Assembly (NCBI GenBank): GCA_016200585.1
Contig: JACQEN010000195.1
Coordinates: 3,939 to 67,938 of the forward strand
Direction of reading: 5' to 3'
Length of the DNA: 64,000 nucleotides
Source of the DNA: Deltaproteobacteria bacterium
Lineage (GTDB): Bacteria > Desulfobacterota > Binatia > HRBIN30
The notes under the pieces were generated by a model, which worked only from the letters and a program-made list of their open reading frames with translations, made no database searches and had not been told where the DNA came from. Position numbers and translations under genes: made by a program. Positions 55,452 to 63,874 of the stretch are shown piece by piece (within the stretch, counting starts at the first letter, position 1; each line of letters starts with the position of its first letter).

Positions 55452-58054
55452 ATCGCTCGCCTTTCAGACTCCTGACGGTCGGGATCGCACTGACGGCATT
55501 GCTGGCATCGGCTTGTCGCGCTCAGGCGGCGATTTCCGCGGATCTCAACTGCGATGGTGTAGTGGACAGCGCCGACCTAGCTGTTGCGGTTGCTGCGCTA
55601 TTTGAACCCACGGTAGGCGGTTGTGTCTCCACCGACGTCAACCTTGATGAGCGCCTCAGTGCGGCCGACGTGATATCGTTGATCCGTTCCGCATCTTTTC
55701 TTGCGCCAACTGCGACCGCCACGGATCTACCGTCGCCGACGTTGAGCCTGACTCCATCCCCCGAGGCGACTCGTACATCCGAGCCCACCGATAGCCCGAC
55801 GCCGAGTGTCACGATCTCCCCGACACCCTCGCCACTGCCGAGCTTGTCCCCGTCGGCCACCGTGACCTTCACGGCATCGTTGACCAAGCCGGCGACTCGT
55901 TCACCCACCTCAACGAGAACCTCGGCCGAGGTCCTCGCCAGTCCAACATTCACCGCCGAAGAGATCCCGTCCTCACCTTCGGTGACGCCGTCGGAGGTCG
56001 GCGGCACGGCTACTCCGTCGACCGAGCCCAGTGCCGAAACCACGTCGACCCCTTCGCCGACGGGTACGGAGTCGCCGAGTGCGACCGCCGTGGAAACGGA
56101 AACCGCGACGGCGACACCTTCCCTTTCGCCGCCCCCGACTGCAACCGCAACGGTGACCTCGAGCTGGTCGGCGACCCCGGCGCCAACCGATACGGCTACG
56201 CCGACGCCGTCCATGACCCTGAGCCCGACAATGAGCCCGACAATGAGTCCGACTGCGTCGACCTCCGCGACGCCTTCCCCGATTTTGTCTCCGACACCGT
56301 CGGGCACACCTTCGCGCACGCCATCCAAAACCAGGTCAATGACTCCTACGTCGAGTTTCACGCACACGCCGTCTGCGACGCCGACAACGTCCGCGACTCG
56401 GACATCGACGGCGACCAGCAGTCCGACGGTGACACGAACCCCGACCGAGACCCCGACGTCTACGCTCACGGCGACGCCGACAAGCACGGAAACGCCGTCG
56501 CCAACGTACAGTCCGACACGCACGGCCTCTCCCTCGCGCACACCGACTTCGAGTGCTTCGCCGAGCCACACCCCACTGCCGACGATGACTCCGACCCCGA
56601 GCTCGACCGAAACCGGCACTCGAACCGCGACGCGGACGCCAACCGCGAGCCTGACGCCGACGAGCACGATCACTCGCACCCCGACGCGCACGCCGCTGCC
56701 GAGCTTCACGCCGACGCCGACGGCCACACCGACATGGAGCCCCAGTCCGACCGTTACACCTACAGGGACGCGGTTGCCAAGTCGAACCCCGAGCCCGAGC
56801 CCGACGGGAACCGCGAGCGTCACTCCCACGGCGACGGTGACGGCTACTTCGACGCCGACTCCCTCCGCTACTTCCACACCCACGGTGTCGCCGACTCCAA
56901 CAAACACGCCAACGTTCACGGCCACGCCGACAATCACGGCGACGGCCACGCTGACTGCGACGCCGACCGTAACCCCGACGATTACGATTACGCCAACGGC
57001 GACTCCAACATCGACGGTGACCGCTACGGATTCGCCGACGGCGACCGCGACGGAAACTCCAACGCTGACTCCGTCGCCGACGGAAACCGCTACAGCGACG
57101 CAGACCCCCTCGAGAACAGGTACGTCAACCGCAACGGGATCGCCGACAAGAACGCCGACGCGAACGGCGACGGCCACCTTCACGCCGACGCTGACGCCAA
57201 CGAACACCGCCTCGTTTACCCCTACGGCTACTCGGACGCCGACTCGAACTGGCACGCCGACTCCGACCGGGACGTCCACACCCACGGCGACGACGACATT
57301 CACCCCGACCATCACGCCCACTCCGACCGGTACCCGGAGCGCCACCCCGACTCCTAGTGTGACGCCCAGCGCAACAGCGTCGTCGACGCCGACCGCCTCG
57401 GCGACGACGACGCCAACCGGACAGGGACCGCAAGTTACGTTCTTGGGCGTGCTGACTCGTTTCGACGGATGCGCGTTTTGTTGCGAGGCGAGTTGTGTCA
57501 ACGCGCCAACGCCGATCCCGGAATACGATGCTGAAGGTAGGCGCGTTTACTACGCGTTGTCGGGGCAATTCGTGGTCGTGGTGGAAGCGCGCCCAGGCCT
57601 CAGCGGTGCGGCGGTGGCGACATCACTGCAAGCGGTCCCGCCGGACTACCGACCGGACATTTGGATCGAGAGCTCGCGCGATCTGGGCAACGGCAGTGCG
57701 AAGGTTTGTGATACCGGACCGGCGAATTCGGGCGGTGGCGGCGTGCCCGGAGTCGATCCACCGAATTTCTCCCTCGACCTGCCCGCCGTGACGAATGCCT
57801 TGGTTGATTTCGGCTGCCGCTTCAATCCAGGTATCAGCGCCGCCAGTCCCTGCACCATCGTTGACGCCACCCGTGAGCCGCGGCTGCTTACGGCCGCGAC
57901 GGCTCAATTCTGTGACTTCGTTTCCAGCACGAGCACCTTCCCAAGCGGAGAATCCGTTCTGACGGTCGCCTTGCGCGATACGGTGGGAAATATCGGACCC
58001 ACGGCGCAGATCGTTGTGCGCGTCGCCACACCGACAGCCACACCGACACCCTGA
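55448..58054 (+). CDS. Secreted 'dockerin-like anchor / about 570-aa Thr-Pro stalk / Cys-rich head' protein, paralog B
   Basis: The GTG start overlaps the paralog A stop (GTGA, 55448..55451). The signal is MNRSPFRLLTVGIALTALLASACRAQA. Whether it is cut by SPase I or is a non-canonical lipobox is unclear. Confidence 0.8.
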   Translation: MNRSPFRLLTVGIALTALLASACRAQAAISADLNCDGVVDSADLAVAVAALFEPTVGGCVSTDVNLDERLSAADVISLIRSASFLAPTATATDLPSPTLSLTPSPEATRTSEPTDSPTPSVTISPTPSPLPSLSPSATVTFTASLTKPATRSPTSTRTSAEVLASPTFTAEEIPSSPSVTPSEVGGTATPSTEPSAETTSTPSPTGTESPSATAVETETATATPSLSPPPTATATVTSSWSATPAPTDTATPTPSMTLSPTMSPTMSPTASTSATPSPILSPTPSGTPSRTPSKTRSMTPTSSFTHTPSATPTTSATRTSTATSSPTVTRTPTETPTSTLTATPTSTETPSPTYSPTRTASPSRTPTSSASPSHTPLPTMTPTPSSTETGTRTATRTPTASLTPTSTITRTPTRTPLPSFTPTPTATPTWSPSPTVTPTGTRLPSRTPSPSPTGTASVTPTATVTATSTPTPSATSTPTVSPTPTNTPTFTATPTITATATLTATPTVTPTITITPTATPTSTVTATDSPTATATETPTLTPSPTETATATQTPSRTGTSTATGSPTRTPTRTATATFTPTLTPTNTASFTPTATRTPTRTGTPTPTGTSTPTATTTFTPTITPTPTGTRSATPTPSVTPSATASSTPTASATTTPTGQGPQVTFLGVLTRFDGCAFCCEASCVNAPTPIPEYDAEGRRVYYALSGQFVVVVEARPGLSGAAVATSLQAVPPDYRPDIWIESSRDLGNGSAKVCDTGPANSGGGGVPGVDPPNFSLDLPAVTNALVDFGCRFNPGISAASPCTIVDATREPRLLTAATAQFCDFVSSTSTFPSGESVLTVALRDTVGNIGPTAQIVVRVATPTATPTP
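55538..55690 (+). other. Dockerin-like module (paralog B)
   Basis: ADLNCDGVVDSADLAVAVAALFEPTVGGCVSTDVNLDERLSAADVISLIRS. Confidence 0.55.
55705..57417 (+). repeat. About 570-aa Thr/Pro/Ser low-complexity stalk (paralog B)
   Basis: e.g. TPSATPTTSATRTSTATSSPTVTRTPTETPTSTLTATPTSTETPSPTYSPTRTASPSRTPTSSASPSHTPLPTMTPTPSSTETGTRTATRTPTASLTPTSTITRTPTRTP. Confidence 0.9.
57418..58051 (+). other. Conserved Cys-rich C-terminal head domain (paralog B)
   Basis: GQGPQVTFLGVLTRFDGCAFCCEASC..GRRVYYALSGQFVVVVEA..RPDIWIESSRDLGNGSAKVCDTGPANSGGGGVPGVDPPNFS..TNALVDFGCRFNP..PCTIVDATREPRL..QFCDF..FPSGESVLTVALRDTVGNIGPTAQIVVRV. Confidence 0.7.
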
Positions 58055-58185
58055 ACCTTCCATCAACGATTGCGAAAATCGCGGCTAAAATTGCAAATTC
58101 TGGTTGTTGCAAACAGAAGAACCGGCAGGCATTGAAGGACGCGATCTCAACGCACCACAATCGCAGTCAGGTCCAAACCTATCGC

Positions 58186-61113
58186 ATGAGCTGCCGCCTA
58201 CGATCGCTGAGGATGCTCTATCTCTCGTTCGCCGTATTGGTGGTGTGCGCACTAGCGCGAGGCGGCTTCGCGCAACCGCTTCCCGGCGATGCCAACTGCG
58301 ATGGCTCGATCGATGTGGCGGACGCTGAAGCGGCGGCTCTGGCGATCTTTGAAGGATCAAACTGTGGGGCAAGCGACGCCAACGCAGATGGGAGTGCGAG
58401 TGCCGCGGATGTCGTTGCCGTGTTGCGATTGTTCGTATCGGCGCCAACTCCTACATCGACACTCGCGCTGCCGACGGCATCGGAAAGTCCAATTTCGAGC
58501 TCGACGCCGACGCTCCCGCCACCGTCACCCACGGCGACCCTACAGATTGATCCAATCGAATCGCCGTCAAGCACCATGACGCCAACGATCGTCCCCTCGG
58601 ACACGCCCACGGCGACTCCCGTGGTCACAACCGTGGTACCGAGAACCAGCACGCCGTCCTCAAGCCCGGGGTTGACCGAGACGAAGCCGCCAACTGCTTT
58701 GCCGTCTGCGACCACGACCGCGACAGCCGATTCGACCCCAATCTCGACGCCGGAAACAACCGCGAGCGCAACATCGACGGTGCCAATTCCGACAGCAACT
58801 GCAGACGAGACTCCGACGACCGAGGGGTCGGCAACCAGCACGCCGACGGTCGCGTCGCCGTCGGCAACCGAAACGCCGTTCCCCTCGCCAACACTAGCCG
58901 AATCGGCGTCGCCTTCGGTAACGTCCAGTGAGACCTCGACGCCGACGGGCACCGAGAGTCAGCGCCCGACCGCGACAAGCTCTCCGACAGCGAGCGCGCC
59001 AACCCGAACGACATCGGTTACGCGGGCGGCAACGCTGACCGCTACGGCGACGGTGACGCCATCCGAGAGTGCCAGTCCGACGCTGAGCCGCACCTCGACG
59101 AACACCGCTACTCCGACTCGATCACCCTCACCGAGCTTCACCCTGCCGCCACCGCGAACGATGACGCCGACGCGTTCTCCCAGTGCGACTGCCACCGAGA
59201 GCCCATCGCCGACTGAGTCGCCATCGGCAACAGAAACATCGACGGGGACGCCGACTCCCTCGCCGACACCGAGCCGCTCGCCGACTCATACGACAACGGA
59301 ATCCCCCACGGCGACGGAGACCACGACGGGGACGCCGACACTGACTTGGACGATTCTTCCAAGTGTGTCGCCCACGAGAACCCTGACGGCGACGCAATCT
59401 TCGACTCCTGCGCCGTCGGGAACGTCCACGCCTTCGTCTACCGCGACGACGAGCAGCACCCGAACTGCCAGTGCCACGCGCACGGGGACCTTGCCACCGA
59501 GCGCGACGCCGACCAGAACTTCGACGAACACGTCGACGAGCACGCCGACCTCGACGTCAACGCGGACGATACCCCCGACACGCAGCGCCACTCCCAGCCG
59601 CACGCCAACGGAAACCGCCACTGCGAGCGCGACACGGACGCAGTCCTCGACGCCCACGCAGACCGCCTTAGCGACGGATACGGCAAGTGCGACGCCGACA
59701 CGCACGCCAACCGGCACGCCTACCGATAGGCCGAGTGCGACGTGGACGCCGACCAGCTCTGCGACTCGTACGCCGACTGATTCACCCAGCTCTACACCGT
59801 CTCGGAGCCCGACGATCTCGCCGACCGCGTCGCCTACGTTGCAACCGTCCTCGACGACAACATCCAGCCTTACGCCAACCGACACGGCGACGGAAACCCC
59901 TTCACGCAGTCCGTCTGCGACGGCGACGGCGACTTCCTCGCCGTCGCAAACGAGCACCCAAACGCCGAAGCCGACGGCGACACCTTCGAGATCACCCACG
60001 GTGACACCAACCGAGACGTGGACCCGAACTCCCTCGGTTACTCCCAGTGAGACGCCCACGGGCACCAGTACCGCGACGCAGACAGCGACGCGAACGCCGA
60101 CAGCAAGCTCCTCGCAAACTTCAACGAGGACAGCGACGCTGACGCCGACGGAGACGGCGACGCCAACCGATACGCCGACTTGGACTCCTACTCGCACGCC
60201 GACGGCGACGCCGACCTATACTTCGACGCGAACAGCGACACTGACGCCGTCGCCGTCGGCGACGCCTACGGATGTCCCGACGCAGACGCCGACGCGTACA
60301 CCTACGTCGACGCCCACCGAAACTCCGACGCGTACCGCGGCGGCGACAGGGACGCCGACGCGGACACCCACGGAAACGCCGTCACCGACTTCGACGGCAA
60401 GTCCAACGCTGTCGCGGACGGCGACGTTTACGCCGAATGCGACGCCGACCCGTACACCCACCTCTTCGGCGATTGGTCCTCAGGTCGCCTTCTTTGGCAT
60501 CGTTCCCGCGGATGGATGTTATGCATGCAACGATCCCGGTTGCTTGTGCGGAACAACGCCGACTCCGACGCCGATGCTCGATGGCAATGGGAGGCCGGTG
60601 TTCCTCACCGCCAATGCCGGCGGTTTTTTGCTCGTGCTCGAGGCACGACCGGGTACGAATGGCGCTTCGGTGGGCACATCGGTTCCGCCACCAACACCAG
60701 GGCAAGGTGTGCGTCCAGATCTGCAGATCCAAGCATCGAGCGCCCTGGGAAACGGAAGCGCTACGATTTGTGACACGCAGCGCATCGTCGATGGCGGTGG
60801 CGGCGTTCCTGGGTTCGATCCACCGGATTTCAGTTCGTTGTCTTCGATTACCGATGCGTTGATCGATTTCGCATGCCGTTTTGATCCGCACTCGCCGTCG
60901 GTGCCGTGTACTCTCTCTGGTGATGGCAATGACGGTACAATTACAGCGAATCTTCCGATTGGTTCCGAACAGTTTTGCTACCGCACAGAGATCAACACGG
61001 CCTTCCCGTACGGCGACACTGTCTTGACGGCGCAGGTGCGTGATTCGAGTGCGGCGCACAACATCGGACCCACTGCGCAGATCGTTATCCGTCGTGTAAC
61101 GCCGCATCCATAG
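58186..61113 (+). CDS. Secreted 'dockerin-like anchor / about 675-aa Thr-Pro-Ser stalk / Cys-rich head' protein, paralog C
   Basis: ORF track 58132..61113. ATG 58186 gives MSCRLRSLRMLYLSFAVLVVCALARGGFAQP. Confidence 0.8.
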   Translation: MSCRLRSLRMLYLSFAVLVVCALARGGFAQPLPGDANCDGSIDVADAEAAALAIFEGSNCGASDANADGSASAADVVAVLRLFVSAPTPTSTLALPTASESPISSSTPTLPPPSPTATLQIDPIESPSSTMTPTIVPSDTPTATPVVTTVVPRTSTPSSSPGLTETKPPTALPSATTTATADSTPISTPETTASATSTVPIPTATADETPTTEGSATSTPTVASPSATETPFPSPTLAESASPSVTSSETSTPTGTESQRPTATSSPTASAPTRTTSVTRAATLTATATVTPSESASPTLSRTSTNTATPTRSPSPSFTLPPPRTMTPTRSPSATATESPSPTESPSATETSTGTPTPSPTPSRSPTHTTTESPTATETTTGTPTLTWTILPSVSPTRTLTATQSSTPAPSGTSTPSSTATTSSTRTASATRTGTLPPSATPTRTSTNTSTSTPTSTSTRTIPPTRSATPSRTPTETATASATRTQSSTPTQTALATDTASATPTRTPTGTPTDRPSATWTPTSSATRTPTDSPSSTPSRSPTISPTASPTLQPSSTTTSSLTPTDTATETPSRSPSATATATSSPSQTSTQTPKPTATPSRSPTVTPTETWTRTPSVTPSETPTGTSTATQTATRTPTASSSQTSTRTATLTPTETATPTDTPTWTPTRTPTATPTYTSTRTATLTPSPSATPTDVPTQTPTRTPTSTPTETPTRTAAATGTPTRTPTETPSPTSTASPTLSRTATFTPNATPTRTPTSSAIGPQVAFFGIVPADGCYACNDPGCLCGTTPTPTPMLDGNGRPVFLTANAGGFLLVLEARPGTNGASVGTSVPPPTPGQGVRPDLQIQASSALGNGSATICDTQRIVDGGGGVPGFDPPDFSSLSSITDALIDFACRFDPHSPSVPCTLSGDGNDGTITANLPIGSEQFCYRTEINTAFPYGDTVLTAQVRDSSAAHNIGPTAQIVIRRVTPHP
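58286..58434 (+). other. Dockerin-like module (paralog C)
   Basis: GDANCDGSIDVADAEAAALAIFEGSNCGASDANADGSASAADVVAVLRLF. Confidence 0.55.
58438..60462 (+). repeat. About 675-aa Thr/Pro/Ser low-complexity stalk (paralog C)
   Basis: e.g. SPSPTESPSATETSTGTPTPSPTPSRSPTHTTTESPTATETTTGTPTLTW...TRTPTATPTYTSTRTATLTPSPSATPTDVPTQTPTRTPTSTPTETPTRTAAATGTPTRTPTETPSPTSTASPT. Confidence 0.9.
60463..61110 (+). other. Conserved Cys-rich C-terminal head domain (paralog C, most divergent)
   Basis: AIGPQVAFFGIVPADGCYACNDPGCLC..GRPVFLTANAGGFLLVLEA..RPDLQIQASSALGNGSATICDT..DGGGGVPGFDPPDFS..TDALIDFACRFDP..PCTLSGDG..EQFCYR..FPYGDTVLTAQVRDSSAAHNIGPTAQIVIRRV. Confidence 0.7.
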
Positions 61114-61148
61114 TAGGCGTAATCAAGCCACAAATCTTGCGTTTCTGC

Positions 61149-61177
61149 TTGACTGGATAGGCCTTCTGCGGCATAGA
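61149..61177 (+). promoter_or_regulatory. Candidate sigma70-type promoter, TTGACT-N17-CATAGA (weak -10)
   Basis: Read directly, about 80 nt upstream of ATG 61258. It has the same TTGnnn-N17-CATAnA layout as 53085..53113. Confidence 0.2.
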
Positions 61178-61244
61178 TGGCGCGCGTCCTGCCCGGAGTC
61201 GTGTATGGTGCGGCTCAGCGTGAGCGAGACGCTTGAGTTACCGA

Positions 61245-61251
61245 AAGGAGG
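61245..61251 (+). promoter_or_regulatory. Shine-Dalgarno (aaggagg)
   Basis: Lies 6 nt upstream of ATG 61258. Confidence 0.7.
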
Positions 61252-61257
61252 CGTGCG

Positions 61258-62547
61258 ATGCGAGAGTTGATGCGGAGTCCTTGGCTGCCCGTGCTGGGGG
61301 TGCTGCTGGCAGCGACCGGGATCGTTGGGGTCGCGGGGCAGGCTAGGGCCGATGTGACGACGGACGACGCCGGGTCGATTGTAATCTACCCGAAGGTGGT
61401 GTCGGATGGCACGCGGGACACGTTGATTCAACTGAGCAACCGTTCGAACATGCCGGTGTTTGTGCACTGCTTCTACGTGAACACGGCCGGTCGATGCAGT
61501 GCGACGACGGAGCAACGATGCCGACTCGATGGCGACTGTCCCTCGGGTGAATCCTGCGCGCGCACCTGTGACGCAAACGACTTTGATGTCCTTCTGACTG
61601 CGCAGCAGCCAACCATGTGGCGTGCATCCACTGGTCGCTTGGCGTCATTGACGCCGGGGCCCTGCCGAATCGGGCAAACTTGTGGTTGCTCCATCGACGT
61701 GGCAAGTGGCCAGCAAATTTGCCCGGGGCTTGAAGCCGCACCAAGCAACTCACCGTACACGCCTGCGGTTGGCGGCGAATTCGAGGGCGAACTGAAATGC
61801 TACCAGACCGATGTCAACGGTTTTCCGATTCCCGGCAACGCAATAAAGGGCACGGCGATTCTTGAGAACGTTTCGAATGGTCAGATCAGCGAATACAACG
61901 CTCTGACCGTTTCGGCGAACGCCGATCCAGTTGTTGGCGTCAACCAGGGGCAAGATCTGCAGCTCAACTATTCTGGGGGCGGAGCGGGCGAATACAACTA
62001 TTGTCCGTCGAACCTGGTGTTCACACACTATGGCGACCAGGCGGTCGATGCATTTACGAACGCGACGGTTAGCACAGAGATCACACTGGTCCCGTGTACG
62101 GAGTTGATCGAAGAACGCGCCCCGACGCCGGTGACAGTGAGTTTTCTGGGCTTCAATGAATTCGAACAGCGCTTCAGCGCCGATGCGATCTCCTTCGATT
62201 GTTACTTCAGCCGCAGTTTGGCGGATATCCCGAGTGAGGGGCAGCCGTTGTTCGTCGCTGGTGCTGGACAATGGTGGAAAACGCGAATTACGCCGTCGGC
62301 TTCGAACATTTGTTTGACGGGAAGCAGTCGCGGTCTAACATGTGCGTCCGACGCGGATTGTCCAGGGTTCTTGACTAGTCCCGAAAACAACAGTCTGGGA
62401 TGCCGGCCTGCACCGGGAGTGCTCGGGGTTGTGGAGGAGTTCCACGCAATCGGCGGGCTCGCGGTTGGCACGGCAGCGAACAACATGCACGTCGAAGGTC
62501 AGCGGAGCGGATTCGGGGACGTCATTGTGGTGCCGTCGCTCCAATAG
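61258..62547 (+). CDS. Secreted Cys-rich protein, unrecognised family ('PKV / HCFY / FNEFEQRFS' family), paralog 1
   Basis: The signal is LPVLGVLLAATGIVGVAGQARA. Then come GSIVIYPKVVSDGTRDTLIQLSNRSNMPVFVHCFYVN and the Cys-rich inserts CSATTEQRCRLDGDCPSGESCARTC and CLTGSSRGLTCASDADCPG. Other conserved segments are ITLVPC and FLGFNEFEQRFS. Length is 429 aa. Confidence 0.75.
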   Translation: MRELMRSPWLPVLGVLLAATGIVGVAGQARADVTTDDAGSIVIYPKVVSDGTRDTLIQLSNRSNMPVFVHCFYVNTAGRCSATTEQRCRLDGDCPSGESCARTCDANDFDVLLTAQQPTMWRASTGRLASLTPGPCRIGQTCGCSIDVASGQQICPGLEAAPSNSPYTPAVGGEFEGELKCYQTDVNGFPIPGNAIKGTAILENVSNGQISEYNALTVSANADPVVGVNQGQDLQLNYSGGGAGEYNYCPSNLVFTHYGDQAVDAFTNATVSTEITLVPCTELIEERAPTPVTVSFLGFNEFEQRFSADAISFDCYFSRSLADIPSEGQPLFVAGAGQWWKTRITPSASNICLTGSSRGLTCASDADCPGFLTSPENNSLGCRPAPGVLGVVEEFHAIGGLAVGTAANNMHVEGQRSGFGDVIVVPSLQ

Positions 62548-62564
62548 TCGAGGGGACGGGAGTC

Positions 62565-63812
62565 ATGGCGACAATGAAGAGTAGGGAAAGGAGTCGGACC
62601 ATGGTGCAGACGAGACGAGTTGCCGCAGCGGTTGTGGCAGCAGTGGCAATGGCGTCGAGTGCCCAGGCGATCAGCACGAGTGACAGGCCAGCGGCAATTC
62701 AGGTTTGGCCAAAGGTCGTGGTGGATTCCGCGGGTCGATTTACGCAGGGGGTGCCCGTCAACACGCTCATCACGCTCAGTAACACGGATCATCGTGGCGA
62801 GAAGCGGGCCCATTGCTTTTACACCAACGCGAATGGGCACTGCGCCAACAACTCTGCTCAGGTCTGTCGTAGCGCAACTGACTGCACGGCCTCGGAATGT
62901 ACTCCGGGCTGGGCCGAGATGGATTTTGACGTCTATCTAACACTTGAGCAACCGCTTGGTTGGTACGCCAGTGATGGCCTCTCGCGTGGCGCGTTTCCAA
63001 AGGAAGGTCCATTCTTCTGCAACGCGCCGCTCACCCAGGTTCCGTGTACGACCGACGCGGTCTGCGGCGGCCTCGGGTGCAATGTTGGACAGAGCAATCT
63101 TGGGAGCGGTATTCCTCCGGTTCCTGAGGACCCATTTATTGGGACCCTGACTTGTATTCAGTTCACGATTGGGAGCCAGTCGAGTCCGGACCAGACGGTT
63201 GACCGCAATCGCCTCTACGGAGAGGCGACGATTCTCCAAGGGGGGCCGGTAATCGGCGCCGCCCCATTGCCTGTTGACGTAGCGAAATACAATGCCGTTG
63301 GTTTCAGGGGCCAGGGTGTAAATTTTGATCCGACAAATACCTTCCAGCTCGGCGGCGCCGGTGCTGAATACGACGGTTGTGCCTCGACCCTGATTCTCAG
63401 TCATCTGTTCGACGGTGCCATTGATCCAATATCGAACACCCGCCCGGCTTCGACAGATCTAACGCTTGTTCCGTGTGGCAACAATTTCTCGAGCCAGATC
63501 CCAGGTCGAACGACAGCCCAATTTCTGGTGTTCAATGAGTTCGAGCAAAGGTTTTCGACGAGCCGCTCCATTGATTGCCTGTTTGATGGTGCAATTTCGA
63601 CAATCGATACGCGCAACACGGCACGATCGATCTTCAGCGCTGGCGTTGCAGGTACGATTTCTGGTCAAACTCGGATTCGTGGCGTTGGTGGAAACGCAAC
63701 GGGTTATGGTTTGATCGGTACCGCGCAACTTTCCCTTGGATCGGGTTCGAGCGCCGCCTACAATCTGCACCAGCAAGGGGTTGGCGGCACGGACTTCATC
63801 ATCATTCCCTGA
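62565..63812 (+). CDS. Secreted Cys-rich protein, same unrecognised family, paralog 2
   Basis: ORF track 62400..63812. ATG 62565 after gaggggacgggag gives MATMKSRERSRTMVQTRRVAAAVVAAVAMASSAQA. Then come AAIQVWPKVVVDS..NTLITLSNTDHRGEKRAHCFYTN, HCANNSAQVCRSATDCTASEC, LTLVPC and FLVFNEFEQRFS. Confidence 0.75.
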   Translation: MATMKSRERSRTMVQTRRVAAAVVAAVAMASSAQAISTSDRPAAIQVWPKVVVDSAGRFTQGVPVNTLITLSNTDHRGEKRAHCFYTNANGHCANNSAQVCRSATDCTASECTPGWAEMDFDVYLTLEQPLGWYASDGLSRGAFPKEGPFFCNAPLTQVPCTTDAVCGGLGCNVGQSNLGSGIPPVPEDPFIGTLTCIQFTIGSQSSPDQTVDRNRLYGEATILQGGPVIGAAPLPVDVAKYNAVGFRGQGVNFDPTNTFQLGGAGAEYDGCASTLILSHLFDGAIDPISNTRPASTDLTLVPCGNNFSSQIPGRTTAQFLVFNEFEQRFSTSRSIDCLFDGAISTIDTRNTARSIFSAGVAGTISGQTRIRGVGGNATGYGLIGTAQLSLGSGSSAAYNLHQQGVGGTDFIIIP

Positions 63813-63861
63813 CGTAGCAAGCAGGATCGAATCACAAGGTTTTCTTCGAACCTGCGTAACC

Positions 63862-63869
63862 GAAGGAGG
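63862..63869 (+). promoter_or_regulatory. Shine-Dalgarno (gaaggagg)
   Basis: Lies 5 nt upstream of ATG 63875. Confidence 0.7.
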
Positions 63870-63874
63870 CAGAC

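Noticed and set aside
55522-57501. A 659-aa minus-strand ORF rich in V/G/A. Similar ORFs are at 52985..54007, 54056..54547, 58218..58952, 59286..60197, 40256..40639, 40928..41305 and 29844..30722.
   Set aside because: These are mirror images of the Thr/Pro codon runs (acN-ccg read backwards gives Val/Gly codons). They have no start context and fully overlap much better supported plus-strand genes.
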